A stretch of DNA of 57,418 nt, filler included, from Sphacelaria rigidula (Eukaryota), in the NCBI GenBank assembly GCA_964200075.2. It is 6 parts of 6 records of this genome, joined end to end, with 100 filler letters (N's around TTAATTAATTAA, not from the genome) between each part and the next. Parts side by side here need not be neighbours in the genome. Positions count along the whole stretch, not along the records: positions 9,588 to 19,074 come from CAXNAA020008376.1; positions 19,175 to 28,660 come from CAXNAA020008377.1; 4 more parts are not named here. One strand, 5' to 3'. The position numbers and the translations under genes are program-made. Position 1 is the stretch's first letter. Every line of letters starts with the position of its first letter. Shown in pieces: positions 9,720 to 20,900 of this stretch. Under the pieces are notes generated by a model. It made no database searches. It saw only the letters and a list, made by a program, of their open reading frames with translations, and was not told the origin of the DNA.

Positions 9720-12700
9720 ATTTGACTTCTACGACAGCGTTTGTGACGGATGTTCCCCATTTGTGGAACCCGTTTCTGTCTTCTTTGGCTAGACACGACG
9801 CTTTCAGCCGCCACGCCAATAAATGTATCAATTGCAATATACGAGGCTACAGCATGCGTGGCTGTGACAATTCATGCATAAATGCATTCGATCTCATGAA
9901 CTCTAAACTACAGAGCAATGAACCCGCGTGGCGCCGCCGGCAAAAATGAACGCGCGACTATAATACTCCAAATCGAAATAATCGCCACCATTTCTCGAGG
10001 CAACTATTGCTCTCATCGCGAGCGCCGACAAAACAACCACCATAGTTCTGGCACTCGCCAACGAGATATCCCGCACCAATCATCGTTTCGCTGATAGACA
10101 CCAGCGAACGGGACCGACACATAGCTCGAAACCCAACACCAGAAACTCGGTATCACCACAATCCACGTCTCGTGGAGAATTCAACCTTGAACACTTTGGT
10201 ACACTCCACGGTGCTCTGGCCTACCAAAAGAATACTCAAGCAATCGGAGCTGCTTACCACCTACGATAAAATGGTTGTGTTGGTATTACACTCTCCGGCG
10301 ATCCTCAACTTTAAGATATTGCACTAGTTCGCCGAAATGGCATGCCTGCACTTCTGGGTCATTATCTTGCCGAATTCTTACCCCATATTGGTGCACCAGC
10401 CGACACAGCACATTTTGTCTCGGCGGGACAACAACTCCTGCATCTTATGGGACATGCGAACTTGGAACCAGGCAATATTTTAGGAATCGCCGCCGCTCCC
10501 CTGACGCACATCCCATTCGTGATGTGTGTAACAGAGCCTGCCGAGCCCGACGCACCATCCCCAACGGAGTCAGTCCATTGTGTCGATGAACCTTTTTTCG
10601 ACCTCACCTCTACGACTCCTCCCCAGATCCATACCGTGGATCCTGCCCATTCAAATTCCGATCCTCCTGCTGAAGTGCTTCAACGCTCATCACCAGATTC
10701 TCGGAATAGTTTCTTGAAAATGTCGAACCAACTGCCGCCACACATGCGTGATATCAATTTGACCTTCATGGGCCCGGGTGGGAATCAGCAGTCATCCAAG
10801 AACTCAGTCATGTCCTACTATAGTACCAAGACCGATTTTCCCGATTCAAAACGGATCTTGGGCACTGCAAACGCTGCCCTTTGAGGTTGCACTTCAACTC
10901 GGGGTCTCGCCAATATTGTCGCGACCATACTGGACAAACCCAATCCCTACCAAAAAAGTGAATGTCATCTTAGATACATATTTGGGATCGAGATTGGTAC
11001 ATCATTCCTCCTTTCCCTGGGCCTCGCCACTTGTGGTCGTCTCCAAAAAGGATGGAAACATACGCATAGCCGTGAATTATCAACGGTCGAACTGCGTCAC
11101 TGTGATTGGTAAACTTCCAATCCCCCGCATTGATAACGTCTTCGACTCTATAGACAAAGGAAAAATATTTAGCAACTTCGACCTCATTTCTGGATTTTTC
11201 CAGAACGCTATCCGCCCTGACACAGTCCCACTTACCGCCTTCTGTACCTCGCCCGGGCTCTACGAGTGGCGTCAAGTATCACAAGGCGCTGCCACTGCCC
11301 AGGGATGCTTTTAACGCTTTATGCGACGCGTCCCCGATGATCTCGAGCACATCATCATGTACCTAGATGACGCTACCGCTTTCGATGCCTCACCTTCTGA
11401 ACACATCCGCACTCTACGAGAATTTCTCTCTCGTCTACGCAATCACGACTTGAAACTGTCTCCATCCAATGCTCGCTTGAGCGCAACAGATTTGGATTCC
11501 TGGGACATTCCATTTCGCCAGCAGGCCTGCATTCGGATGCAAACAAAGTCAAAGCGATGATTGACTTGCCGATGTCAACCAATATTTCTCAACTTCGTTT
11601 ATTGTTGGGCGGACTATCCTACTACCGCAAAATTTTGCCGAACGTGTCCAAACGGATTCGCCCCCTTCCTTACTGAGTCACTCAAAAAAGGAGCCGTGTT
11701 TACCTTCACCACCGATATGAAGAACATCATTAGCGAATTGCTGAAATCGCTTACCGAAAAGTCGGTTCCCTGTTTCTCTGGTTAGGAGGCAGTGCGAGAT
11801 GGCTCTCGCCTTTTCCAACAACACACTGACACCAGCACATACTGATTCGGAGGAGTTGTGAATCAACCACAGGTTGACGGCTCCATTCAGCCCATCCTCT
11901 ACACCACCCGTGCTACCCTGCACAACGAGGCAAACTGGAGCCCGCTAGAATTGGAAGGCGGAGTAATCACCTGGGCCATTAAGCGCCTCCGACAAAATTT
12001 GTTCCACGTTCCATTTGAGATCTACACGGGTCATGGGGCACTCGAACAACTCGCCAAGGTTGGCAAACACAACCCGCGTGTACAACGTGTACAACGATGG
12101 TTGGACTTTCTAACAGCGTACCAATATACCATGAAGCACCGTCAAGGCAAAACCAACGGAAACACTGACCTTTCCCGACTATCCCTGCCGCCTACGGCCC
12201 CAGATTCCAGCCCGGCTTGCCGTTTAACGGAGCCCGATGAATCTGGGATTTGCCCTATAAGACGTTTATAACGCCCGATCATGCCCTTGACCTACAGTGC
12301 CCAGAGACTGGTACGCACATGGGCGGTCCTCGCCCTCTACCATATGACGCCGTCTTGGGTGGGTCAAAGCCCACTACCTCCGATTCTGTCTACTTCCGCA
12401 CTTTTGGTACTCGCGCGAAGCTTTTCATGGTGACATCCTCGGTCATCCACCTAACCTCCGACAACACACGCTCCCGGTCTGCCGCCTGCACCCCGCCCCC
12501 GAGTGCCCCGCCGCCACTGATAACATCTACAAACCCTTCGAGCCACGCAGCACCGGTCCAATGGATCAGTACGCAACGCTCCGCGAAAACTACTGTAACG
12601 TACACCACGCACCGGGGAGAATATTCGCTGCGCACTGCTACAACCTCGCCGCCGATAACGGCGCCACCTACATCTAGTGCTCCTGAGCATGGAGCCGAGG

Positions 12701-15312
12701 ACTTAGATCCTACTCCCGGGGCAGATATTGACGTCGGTGTTTCTGCCCCGTCGCCTAGTTCCCCGCTGCCAACCCCACCATGTTTGGTCGGCTCTCCAGT
12801 GGAAGGTCAACTACGCGAGTTTTCCGCCAGCTACTCTCACCGCGAATGGGCCCGCGAACAAAACGCGGAACCTTTATGTCGCGCAGCCGTCCGGTACTTA
12901 CAGCTTGACTGTCCAGTCCCTGTTCCATCCGCCCTTCTGGCCTCGGTTGGCACACTGCCACCCCCGGATATCTCTAACGTATACGTACTCGTGCGTAAAG
13001 GCATCCTTTTTACTACGGATGAAGGCCTACTAGTACTCGTGCGTCACCCCACGCCTTTGACAGGCGCAATTTCCGTCTCAACCACGGGATGCCACGAACG
13101 ACTAGTAGATGACGAACCAACAGGCACACATGTCCCATTATGAATGCGTCCCTGGGCCATGAAAGGCTGTCACACAGACTTGTCATGTCACCTTGGCGTC
13201 ACCCACATCCTAGTGCTCTTGGAACGCTTCTACTGGTGGGTTGGCATAGAAATTTCCACCCACTTCTGGGTTCGACGATGCTTCAAATGCCAACCTCGAA
13301 AAACTTCACGGCAGACAGTACGCTGGCCCGTCATCTCTATGGGACTCCCCAACGCTCTGGGCTACCCTGTGTCTTTTGAATACTTTGGCCCTCCACCGAC
13401 CACAGGTCGCGGCAAGACCGACGTCTTACTCTTCACTTACCGCTTCAGCCGCCACGCGTCCATGTACGCGGTAACCACTGCAGATATCACGGCCGTCGGA
13501 ACGGCCGATATATTGATCCACGACTACGTTAAGCACTACGATTGCGTGAAACGCCCACGTTCATACAATGGTCAGCAATTTGCTTAGATCTTTCTGATGA
13601 ACTTTACAAGCTTCCGGGCATCCGGAAATTGCCACGAGCGCCTACCACCCTGATTGTATCGGTGGTACCGACAGAGTTAATCACACCATGGCTCAGATGC
13701 TTTCTGTGGTTGCCAATGACCGCCAAACTGACTCGGACCTACACCTGTCGCACATCATGTTGTCCTACAACAACTCGGTTAACGCCGCCACAGGCCTTTC
13801 CCCGAACGAACTTCATCTTGGACGTTACCTTCGGCTGACCATCACCGTGTTTGAGCGACACACGTTCGATGGCCACCAAGGATTGGATTAGGATCAGATA
13901 TCCTATCACGAGCTAGCACATTCACGACAACGCAAAGCGTTTACCCTCGTGCGCGACCAACACGCCATCAACGCCTTGCGCCTCGAGAAATTTAAACTGC
14001 TCTCTACAACCTCATGCAAAAACACCCCAACTGAAAAATTGGCGTTTGGATTTGGATCTACAACAATTGTCGACCATCCGCCAAGGCACCAGCAAGGCAG
14101 CCAACGAAACGATTTAGAAGAAAAAAATGTCCCTCAACTGGACAGGACCATTCAAGATCCTGGCAGTCGGACCATCGCCATCATCACCGGATGATAAACC
14201 CGTTGGTGACAAAGTGCTCTATCTCGACCTGCCTTGCTATATCCAGGGCAAGGACACCAAACCCCGCGTCTTCGTGCACAGATGTGAACCCTGCAAGAAC
14301 CGGCATGATCCTAGTGACTTGTCCAAGTACTTGCCTGCCGGACTCACTCAGTACGTTCTCAACAGCTACTCGGGCAAGTCCCCGCCCTATCATGTTACAA
14401 CTGACGACGTGACGGAACAGCCCCCCCGCCTGACCGTGTTCACTATCTCTGGCCACCAGACACTCGTGGTCGAGGTAGCAATATTGCTGTCATGTATAAG
14501 ATACACTGGCAAAGTGTTCGCGGAGCATCTTGGGAACGCGAATCCGATCTTCAATTGCACCGCCGTGCAATCCTCCTGTACTAGACGCAATCTCAACATC
14601 AGCATCTTGCTCACAACAAGAAATGTTGCAACATGCGTCGTGGTGCAGCAGCCCGCGAACTTCATCGCGAACAAGGACTACGCTTTGTCGCCGATAGCTA
14701 CGAACTTGTACCCACCAAACCTTGCGAGGCGAAGTTCTTCGCACCCCAGCGAATACTACCCGAGGGCAGCTACCTTTGGTTCAAAGGCAGCGACAACCTC
14801 TGGTGGTTGGGCCAGACCCACTCCGCTAACCAGGTTTCTGCCGACAAGTATATCGTGCGCTTCATCGATGACCCTGGACCCATCCAGCTCAAGCTTCGGC
14901 CAGCACGATACATCACTAGCCCATCTGCCCCGCCCGGATCCCGGTGCCTTCAGCGACTCAAGTCAAAAGGACTTCGCCGCGATGTCCAGCGCAACATCGA
15001 TCACACCCACGACGTCCACGCACCGCTTTGAACCACGCCTCTTCACTGCAACCCCTTGACTTATTTAGTATTTTTCCCTTCCTTTTTCACTAGGACCCGA
15101 CTCTACGACATACACAACAAAACTATTTATATCGGACTACAATCGGACACTACTAGGAGCTACCAATCATCTACGACTACTGGACTACTCGGAGCCACCA
15201 ACCATCTACGACTACTGGAGCTCTAGTACTCTCCCTTTGGCTGGCGCTCGATCTCGTTGGGTCACCAATTTCAGATTTTTTTCCCTTGCTTCCGACCAAC
15301 ATGCCTTGGTCG
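9720..15312 (+). mobile_element. Decayed Ty3/Gypsy (chromovirus-like) LTR retrotransposon, gag-pol pseudogene
   Basis: Gag knuckle CINCNIRGYSMRGC (~9824; H to Y); RT SSFPWASPLVVVSKKDGNIR, FDLISGFFQ, IMYLDD (~11355); RNase H NEANWSPLELE...FEIYTGH; integrase HTDLSCHLG...CFKC, decayed D-D-E core, WTGPF (~14140). Order RT-RH-INT. Many stops and frameshifts. Confidence 0.93.
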
Positions 15313-15402
15313 TGTGACGGTTTTAGAGACAACCAACTAGACTACTGACCGGTCAGCGCTGACTGCTCAGTAGTCTAGTTGGTTGTCTCTAAAACCGTCA
15401 CA
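15313..15402. repeat. 90-bp near-perfect palindrome (TG...CA), copy 1
   Basis: TGTGACGGTTTTAGAGACAACCAACTAGACTACTGACCGGTCAGC|GCTGACTGCTCAGTAGTCTAGTTGGTTGTCTCTAAAACCGTCACA, 43 of 45 pairs. Confidence 0.95.
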
Positions 15403-15742
15403 AAAGTCAGCCGTGGGGGATCAATCCCCGTCACGTTCACTCCGAGGAGGGCGACTCCCCTTGCCAGCGCTCTATCGACTGCCATCAGGACCTCTAGTAT
15501 TATCGCTTTCACCGTATCCTAAAGTTACTCGTCTACCCCACTCATTCCAAGAGTGTGTACACTGGGGTCCCTAGCAGTACATTCCACACATAGCCACCAG
15601 GCTATACCCCACCCTTTTTCTTTTGGGCCAATTTTTTACAGAGATTTTCTTTCTTTGGGGCAAATGTCTTATAGAGGTCTTCTCTCCTCTTTTTCCTTTG
15701 AAGGAAGTGCGTCCGACGGGAATCGAACCAGCGACTAACTTT

Positions 15743-15831
15743 TGTGACGGTTTAAGAGACAACCAACTAGACTACTGACCAGTCAGCGCTGACTGGTCAG
15801 TAGCCTAGTTGGTTATCTCTAAACCATCACA
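15743..15831. repeat. 89-bp palindrome (TG...CA), copy 2
   Basis: Same sequence as copy 1 with a few changes; perfect core CTACTGACCAGTCAGC|GCTGACTGGTCAGTAG. Confidence 0.95.
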
Positions 15832-16894
15832 GTCGCTACTGATATTCCATTTGTTTTCTTCTCTGGAATACCCCAGGTAGAAGTTGTGCTCCCTGTTGTG
15901 CCTCCCTGGTTTTCCCCTTCGTTTTGCTAGGACGCCGAAGCAATTTGCGCTTCTTCGTTGATCGCTAGCACGCAGAAATAGTTTGTGCTCCCGCGTTCCG
16001 AAGCAGTTTGTGCTCCCGCGTTTCAAAGCACTTTTTTCTGCTCCTCGAAGCAGAAATAGCTCCCTTATTATGAGGTGTGGGAGTGTAGGTACGGGAGCGC
16101 TTTCCTCAGGTGTGCCTCACTAGCCGCTCATGACTTTACGAGTAAAGAAAAACCTTAGCTTTCGCTGCTTTTGAGGATAAATCCTCGCAGCTGTAATAGA
16201 GGTTCGTCTGGGTGGATTTGTGTCATGAGGAGGATATTAGCCTGTTGTCATGCCGCCTCAGACCCGTTGACGGGTCTAGCTAGATTGCATGGCATTTCAG
16301 CTCATATCAAGACTGCAGGTCTGTCCAGAGTTGGTCAGATACGAGTATGAAATAGTATATAGCGAGGGATGATAGTCGATGGGACCGCCTTTGGTGATCA
16401 CAACGCTTCATCCCGACAAGGAGACTCTCACATCTCCGGTGAGACTAGTTGATCGAGCGAGAGAGGTTGAGCACTGCGGATACTTAGGAGATCAAGGAAT
16501 GAAGCATTCCAGAAGAGATACCATCATATCTACGCGTGGAACTGACTTTGATACCTGGAATACAGAACACTGTCAGCGTCGTTTGGTACGCTACATAATT
16601 GTTCTTTGCTTCTCAGCTGGTGTGTCAGGCCTCTTGTTTGGTCCTCCTGCTTTGCCAGTAAGGCGTGTTTACCATGCACCCGGCCTGACCCCATTATATC
16701 ACGCTATATGAGACGAAACGTAACATTGCTTTTGTTTAATGCGATGAACGCAACGTGACGTGACCGTTACTTTTTCAAATGCAACTTTCACGTAACGTTA
16801 ACTTTTGAACGTGCCAAACGGAACGAAACGTGAACGCTAAATTTTAGAGACGTTATGAACAAAACGTGAACGTGAAAGTGTAAGGTGTAGAGCC

Positions 16895-17144
16895 TTTCGG
16901 TATTTCCCCGTCTGGCATCATAGCACTTTCCGCACATTCTGTCATCTTCTTCATCATTCTCCACATTTTTCTTCTCTGATCCAAGCCTCCAGAACCTTTT
17001 CCACAGCCCATTTCTCCATACTGTGTCATGGGCCTATTGTACGTCCAGGACGAAACAGGATATTGTCAGCCCGGCGTCTTTCCTACCTTGAATAATCTCA
17101 CCTGATATGTAAACATGGTCTACGCAACTAAGGTTTGGTCTAAA
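16895..17144 (-). mobile_element. Non-LTR (LINE) reverse transcriptase fragment
   Basis: FRPNLSCVDHVYISGEIIQGRKDAGLTISCFVLDVQ*AHDTVWRNGLWK, frameshift, KMWRMMKKMTEC; matches the GFR..RS..D and LD..KA(F/Y)D.V motifs of LINE RTs. Confidence 0.88.
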
Positions 17145-17878
17145 TTAATACTTCACAGCGGACCCTGAAAAATGGGGTCCATCTCATGAATGACGTTCAA
17201 GTGGCATACCTTTTTCGCAGGGATGACGCGAAACAGTAACACAGAGCGAAACCATATTTCCCCTCAGAACTCTCCCACTGTGAATCATCAGTTGTGGCTA
17301 AATGCACCGAACGACTGCGGTGTACACGCGTGTCGATGACGATACCACCAGAGAGAGAAGCAGTGACAGAGAGGAAGCTCCTCGCCCGTGTCCGTTGTGT
17401 GCCCTCGCTGGGCGATTACCAATCGCTCGAGAGACTGGCATCATGCATGTTACCAGCACGTACCGGATTTCTCATGCGCCGGTAGGTATCCCCGAAGAAC
17501 ATCGAGCTGCGGAGAGATTACGTCTCTTTGTCTCTGGAGATCACCACTGCGAGGATCGATTTCTGTCCGCCTCTCTTTTTGGACAGGACGCGCCTCTTTG
17601 TGCTGACAAACAGGGCAATTTTCCCGTCGCCGCTACCACTGTTCTCTGTCACACACATGCCAGCGAGCACGGTACGCTGCGGAAAAAATAACAGATGATC
17701 CGATTTTAACTTGGGGGTGTTATTCGTCGTTGATTTTACCGTGGCATATCTGACCATCATGGCGCCCGACCACAAGAGCCTGCCACAGGCTAGGTGGGGT
17801 TGGGTGTGTGTGTGAGAGAGAGATCAAAAACTTGTGGAGACCTCCTTGACATGCGGAGTGGAAAACGATACCAATGAT

Positions 17879-18618
17879 GGTGACCTAATTGCTGCTAGCG
17901 TGGTGCAGAGGGATGCGTCAGCTGCAATCCGGAGCTTTCGTCGCTCTACTCTACTGGCTTCCGTCTGCACAGGTTATGCCGTGAGCTCACACACGGTAAC
18001 AACATGTGATTATGTACCTAAATTCGGAACAGCTACTGTATAAAAACAAAACAGTTCGGTTTTCGAAACTACGTCAAGATCATCGAAATGGCTCTTGTTA
18101 CCCGAGGAACTGCGGCTTCCCCATCCCTCCATCAGGTATGAAAGAAGGACGACAGAGTTTTTGGGAGTGCATGTGACGCCCACGGGGGAACGCAGAGTTT
18201 CCCGTGTATAAAAGCATCCGTTTTCCTACCTGCAAACAGTTTTATGCCCATTGCTTTCTAATAAGAACGTCAAACAGTCGATTTGTGTTCTGTACTGTAC
18301 CGATTGGCGGATGCCAATACCAGCAACGTTTGGTGATGCTGTTGCACAGTATCTTCGAACGTTTGACCGGACCCAAAGCGGACACTTTCCCTCCGGTAAC
18401 AAAAGCCATTTCAATGATCTGGGCGTAGTTTCGAAAACCGAACTGTTTTGTTTTCATGCAGTAGCTGTTCGAACTTCAGGTACATAATAACATGTTATTA
18501 CTGTGTGTGACCTCTCGACATACGCTCTGCAGACGGAAGTCAGTAGAGTAGAGCAACGAAAGCTCCAGATTGCAGCTGACGCACCCCTCTGCACCACGCT
18601 AGCAACAGTTAGGTCACC
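17879..18618. mobile_element. Mutator-like non-autonomous element, ~230-bp TIRs
   Basis: 17879-18108 is the inverted complement of 18388-18618; G...C ends; 9-bp TSD ACCAATGAT / ACCAATGAA. Confidence 0.8.
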
Positions 18619-18680
18619 ACCAATGAACAGCGGATTCTCGAAAATGGGGTTGAAAGCAAAAATGAGGTTCAACTCAAAAC

Positions 18681-19004
18681 CCGTGCTTTGCCTGACCTAA
18701 GTTCATGATAAATTACTTTCATATGGACCACCCCATACCACCCCATCCCTCCCGACCTCCCTAAACCTATTTCGGGATATTTCTAGCCTTCCCTTCCCCC
18801 AAAGGGTATGTGCGAAAGCACAGTTTTGTCCCCATTTCGGGGTAAAAAAAAGACGTGTTTTGTCACCAGAATCGTGCTTTCGCACATACCATTTGGGGAA
18901 ACGGAAGGCTAGAAATCCCTCGAAATAGCTTTAGGGAGGTCGAGAGGGATGTGATGGTCCGTATGAAAGTCATTCGTCATGAATTTAGTTCAGGGAAAGC
19001 ACGA
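18681..19004. repeat. Foldback (inverted repeat) element, ~140-bp arms
   Basis: CGTGCTTTGCCTGACCTAAGTTCATGA...GGTATGTGCGAAAGCAC pairs with GTGCTTTCGCACATACC...TCATGAATTTAGTTCAGGGAAAGCACG; no clear TSD. Confidence 0.75.
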
Positions 19005-19074
19005 CACTTTCTACGATAGCCCCCCCCCAAAACCAGCTAAAAATGTCACGAAAACAATGGCCATAAAGCGCCTG

Positions 19075-19174
19075 NNNNNNNNNNNNNNNNNNNNNNNNNN
19101 NNNNNNNNNNNNNNNNNNTTAATTAATTAANNNNNNNNNNNNNNNNNNNNNNNNNNNNNNNNNNNNNNNNNNNN
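19075..19174. other. Artificial contig spacer
   Basis: 44 N + TTAATTAATTAA + 44 N. Confidence 0.98.
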
Positions 19175-20394
19175 AAGACTCGTCGAATTGGGCCGTGCGT
19201 TCAACATTTTCCGTGACGCTGCTGCACCCCTATAAATCAAGTGATGGGTGACTCCAATTATGGAGGTCATGAGCTCGGATCCCGACATATTCTCTTTTTT
19301 TTTTCGTCCGTCGTTAGGGTCATACATTATGCAGGGCACTTTTTTCATTTTTTTCCTTCATTCAGCGGCGGTGCCCTGTGCCACCAGGTTGGTCTACACT
19401 CCACAGTGATATGCTTACATCGGGTTCATTCGGGAAACTGGGGAAGCTGTAGTGTGAGCAAGTTTTAGAAGCTTTTAAGTTGGCTCAGCTCGTATGGGAC
19501 ACCACATGCTCTTGAATAAGTCCCCTCACACAAGATCTATCTACTCACGAGTTTCATAGCGTCTGCAGGCCTTCATCTTTCAGCAGCTGCTTTTGGTCGT
19601 CACTCACTGGAGTCGATGACCGTATGCCTACAAATGCACGCCATCCAACAACCGGTAGCGACCGAGACGTACGTGCTTTTCTAAACGTAACTACAGTTTG
19701 TGCAGCAGCTGCTTCACATTTCCCATCTTCTGGTGTATGTGCGATAATTCACCAAAAATTTACTTCTCCTACCCGCCAGTCATGTCTTGTCTGTATCTTG
19801 GAAAATGACAGAGCAACTTCATTCTCCTCGTCTTCTCTCATCACACAGCACACCCGCCTGGCAATATTAGGAGAGCGGACTGTCCTCGCAGAATAAAATA
19901 TTCCACAACTCGAAGTCTCGCGTGTATTAACGTGATCATTAGGGTTAGATCGCGAAGTTTTCTACTATTTCGATCAAGCGACCAACAGAAAGACGTGGTT
20001 GAAGCTCGAAACGTTTGCAAACTTCTGGTAGCCCGTGCTGGCCATTGTAGTTGACCCCAACTTCCAAGAGATTTCTGTACGCTTGCGATCACGGAGTAAT
20101 GCACACGACTAGGTGAAATTTCATCTACAGGGACGGTGGAACGTCGCAATTAAGGCTCAGAATCTCAGAGAAAACCGCTTCAGAGAACGCTGTAAGAGTG
20201 TGACAGCATTCTTGACCTCCATTCACTATCACTAAGAGCTTTACCGACTCTCTCCTCGTTATTACCATGCATGAGTTCTTGAGCTGTGAGAAATTGTCCG
20301 CAATACTCCCAAGTGCTCCGTGAACTCCTACTTCAGATGAACAACATCTCGCGAGGTCACACACGCGGCGACTTGGCTACCTCCCAAATTCCTC

Positions 20395-20900
20395 CAGGTG
20401 GGTCAACTTTTCGAGCCTCCAGAGGAATCAGACGCCTCCGGAGGGGTGCGCGGCCCTCCAGGGGACATTTTTTTGTTTCCTCCAGAGGGATTAAACGCCT
20501 CCGGAGGCTTATTTTTGCCTCTGGAGGGCCACGCATACCCCCAAAGCCCTCCGGAGGGGTGCGCGGCCCTCCGGGTGCCGGTGATGAGGTGTGTCCACGT
20601 CTTGTCTCTGCCTACCGCGGCTTGGTTCCCACGTTAGCTAAGCGTGGGTGGACTGCCGATGCAGAAATCCAGCCAGCGTTGAAAAACGACAAGCACGCAT
20701 CTGTCTATACGATCTGCACACTTGTTTCTCCACAATCTTCAATTTGCATGAATGCATCATGTGACCTACGTCAGCGGGTCAAACATCTGGCGTCATGTAG
20801 ACACATATATGGTCCATTGTTTATATTGCAACGTTGTGCAAAAGGTTTCCCATGCTGGTCTCGCACACGCCGCCGAGCATATTTTTCGGGAGGAGGTGGC
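20395..20900 (+). mobile_element. Possible hAT 5' end: TIR-like start, CCTCCGGAGG subterminal array, decayed BED-finger-like peptide
   Basis: CAGGTGGGTCAACTTTT, then about 8 CCTCC(G/A)GAGG-type motifs to 20580; downstream TYVSGSNIWRHV resembles the end of a BED finger. Confidence 0.35.

Noticed and set aside
19770-19880. Minus-strand PNIARRVCCVM...FS resembling the hAT dimerisation domain
   Set aside because: The key S..ER residues are absent and surrounding frames are not recognisable.
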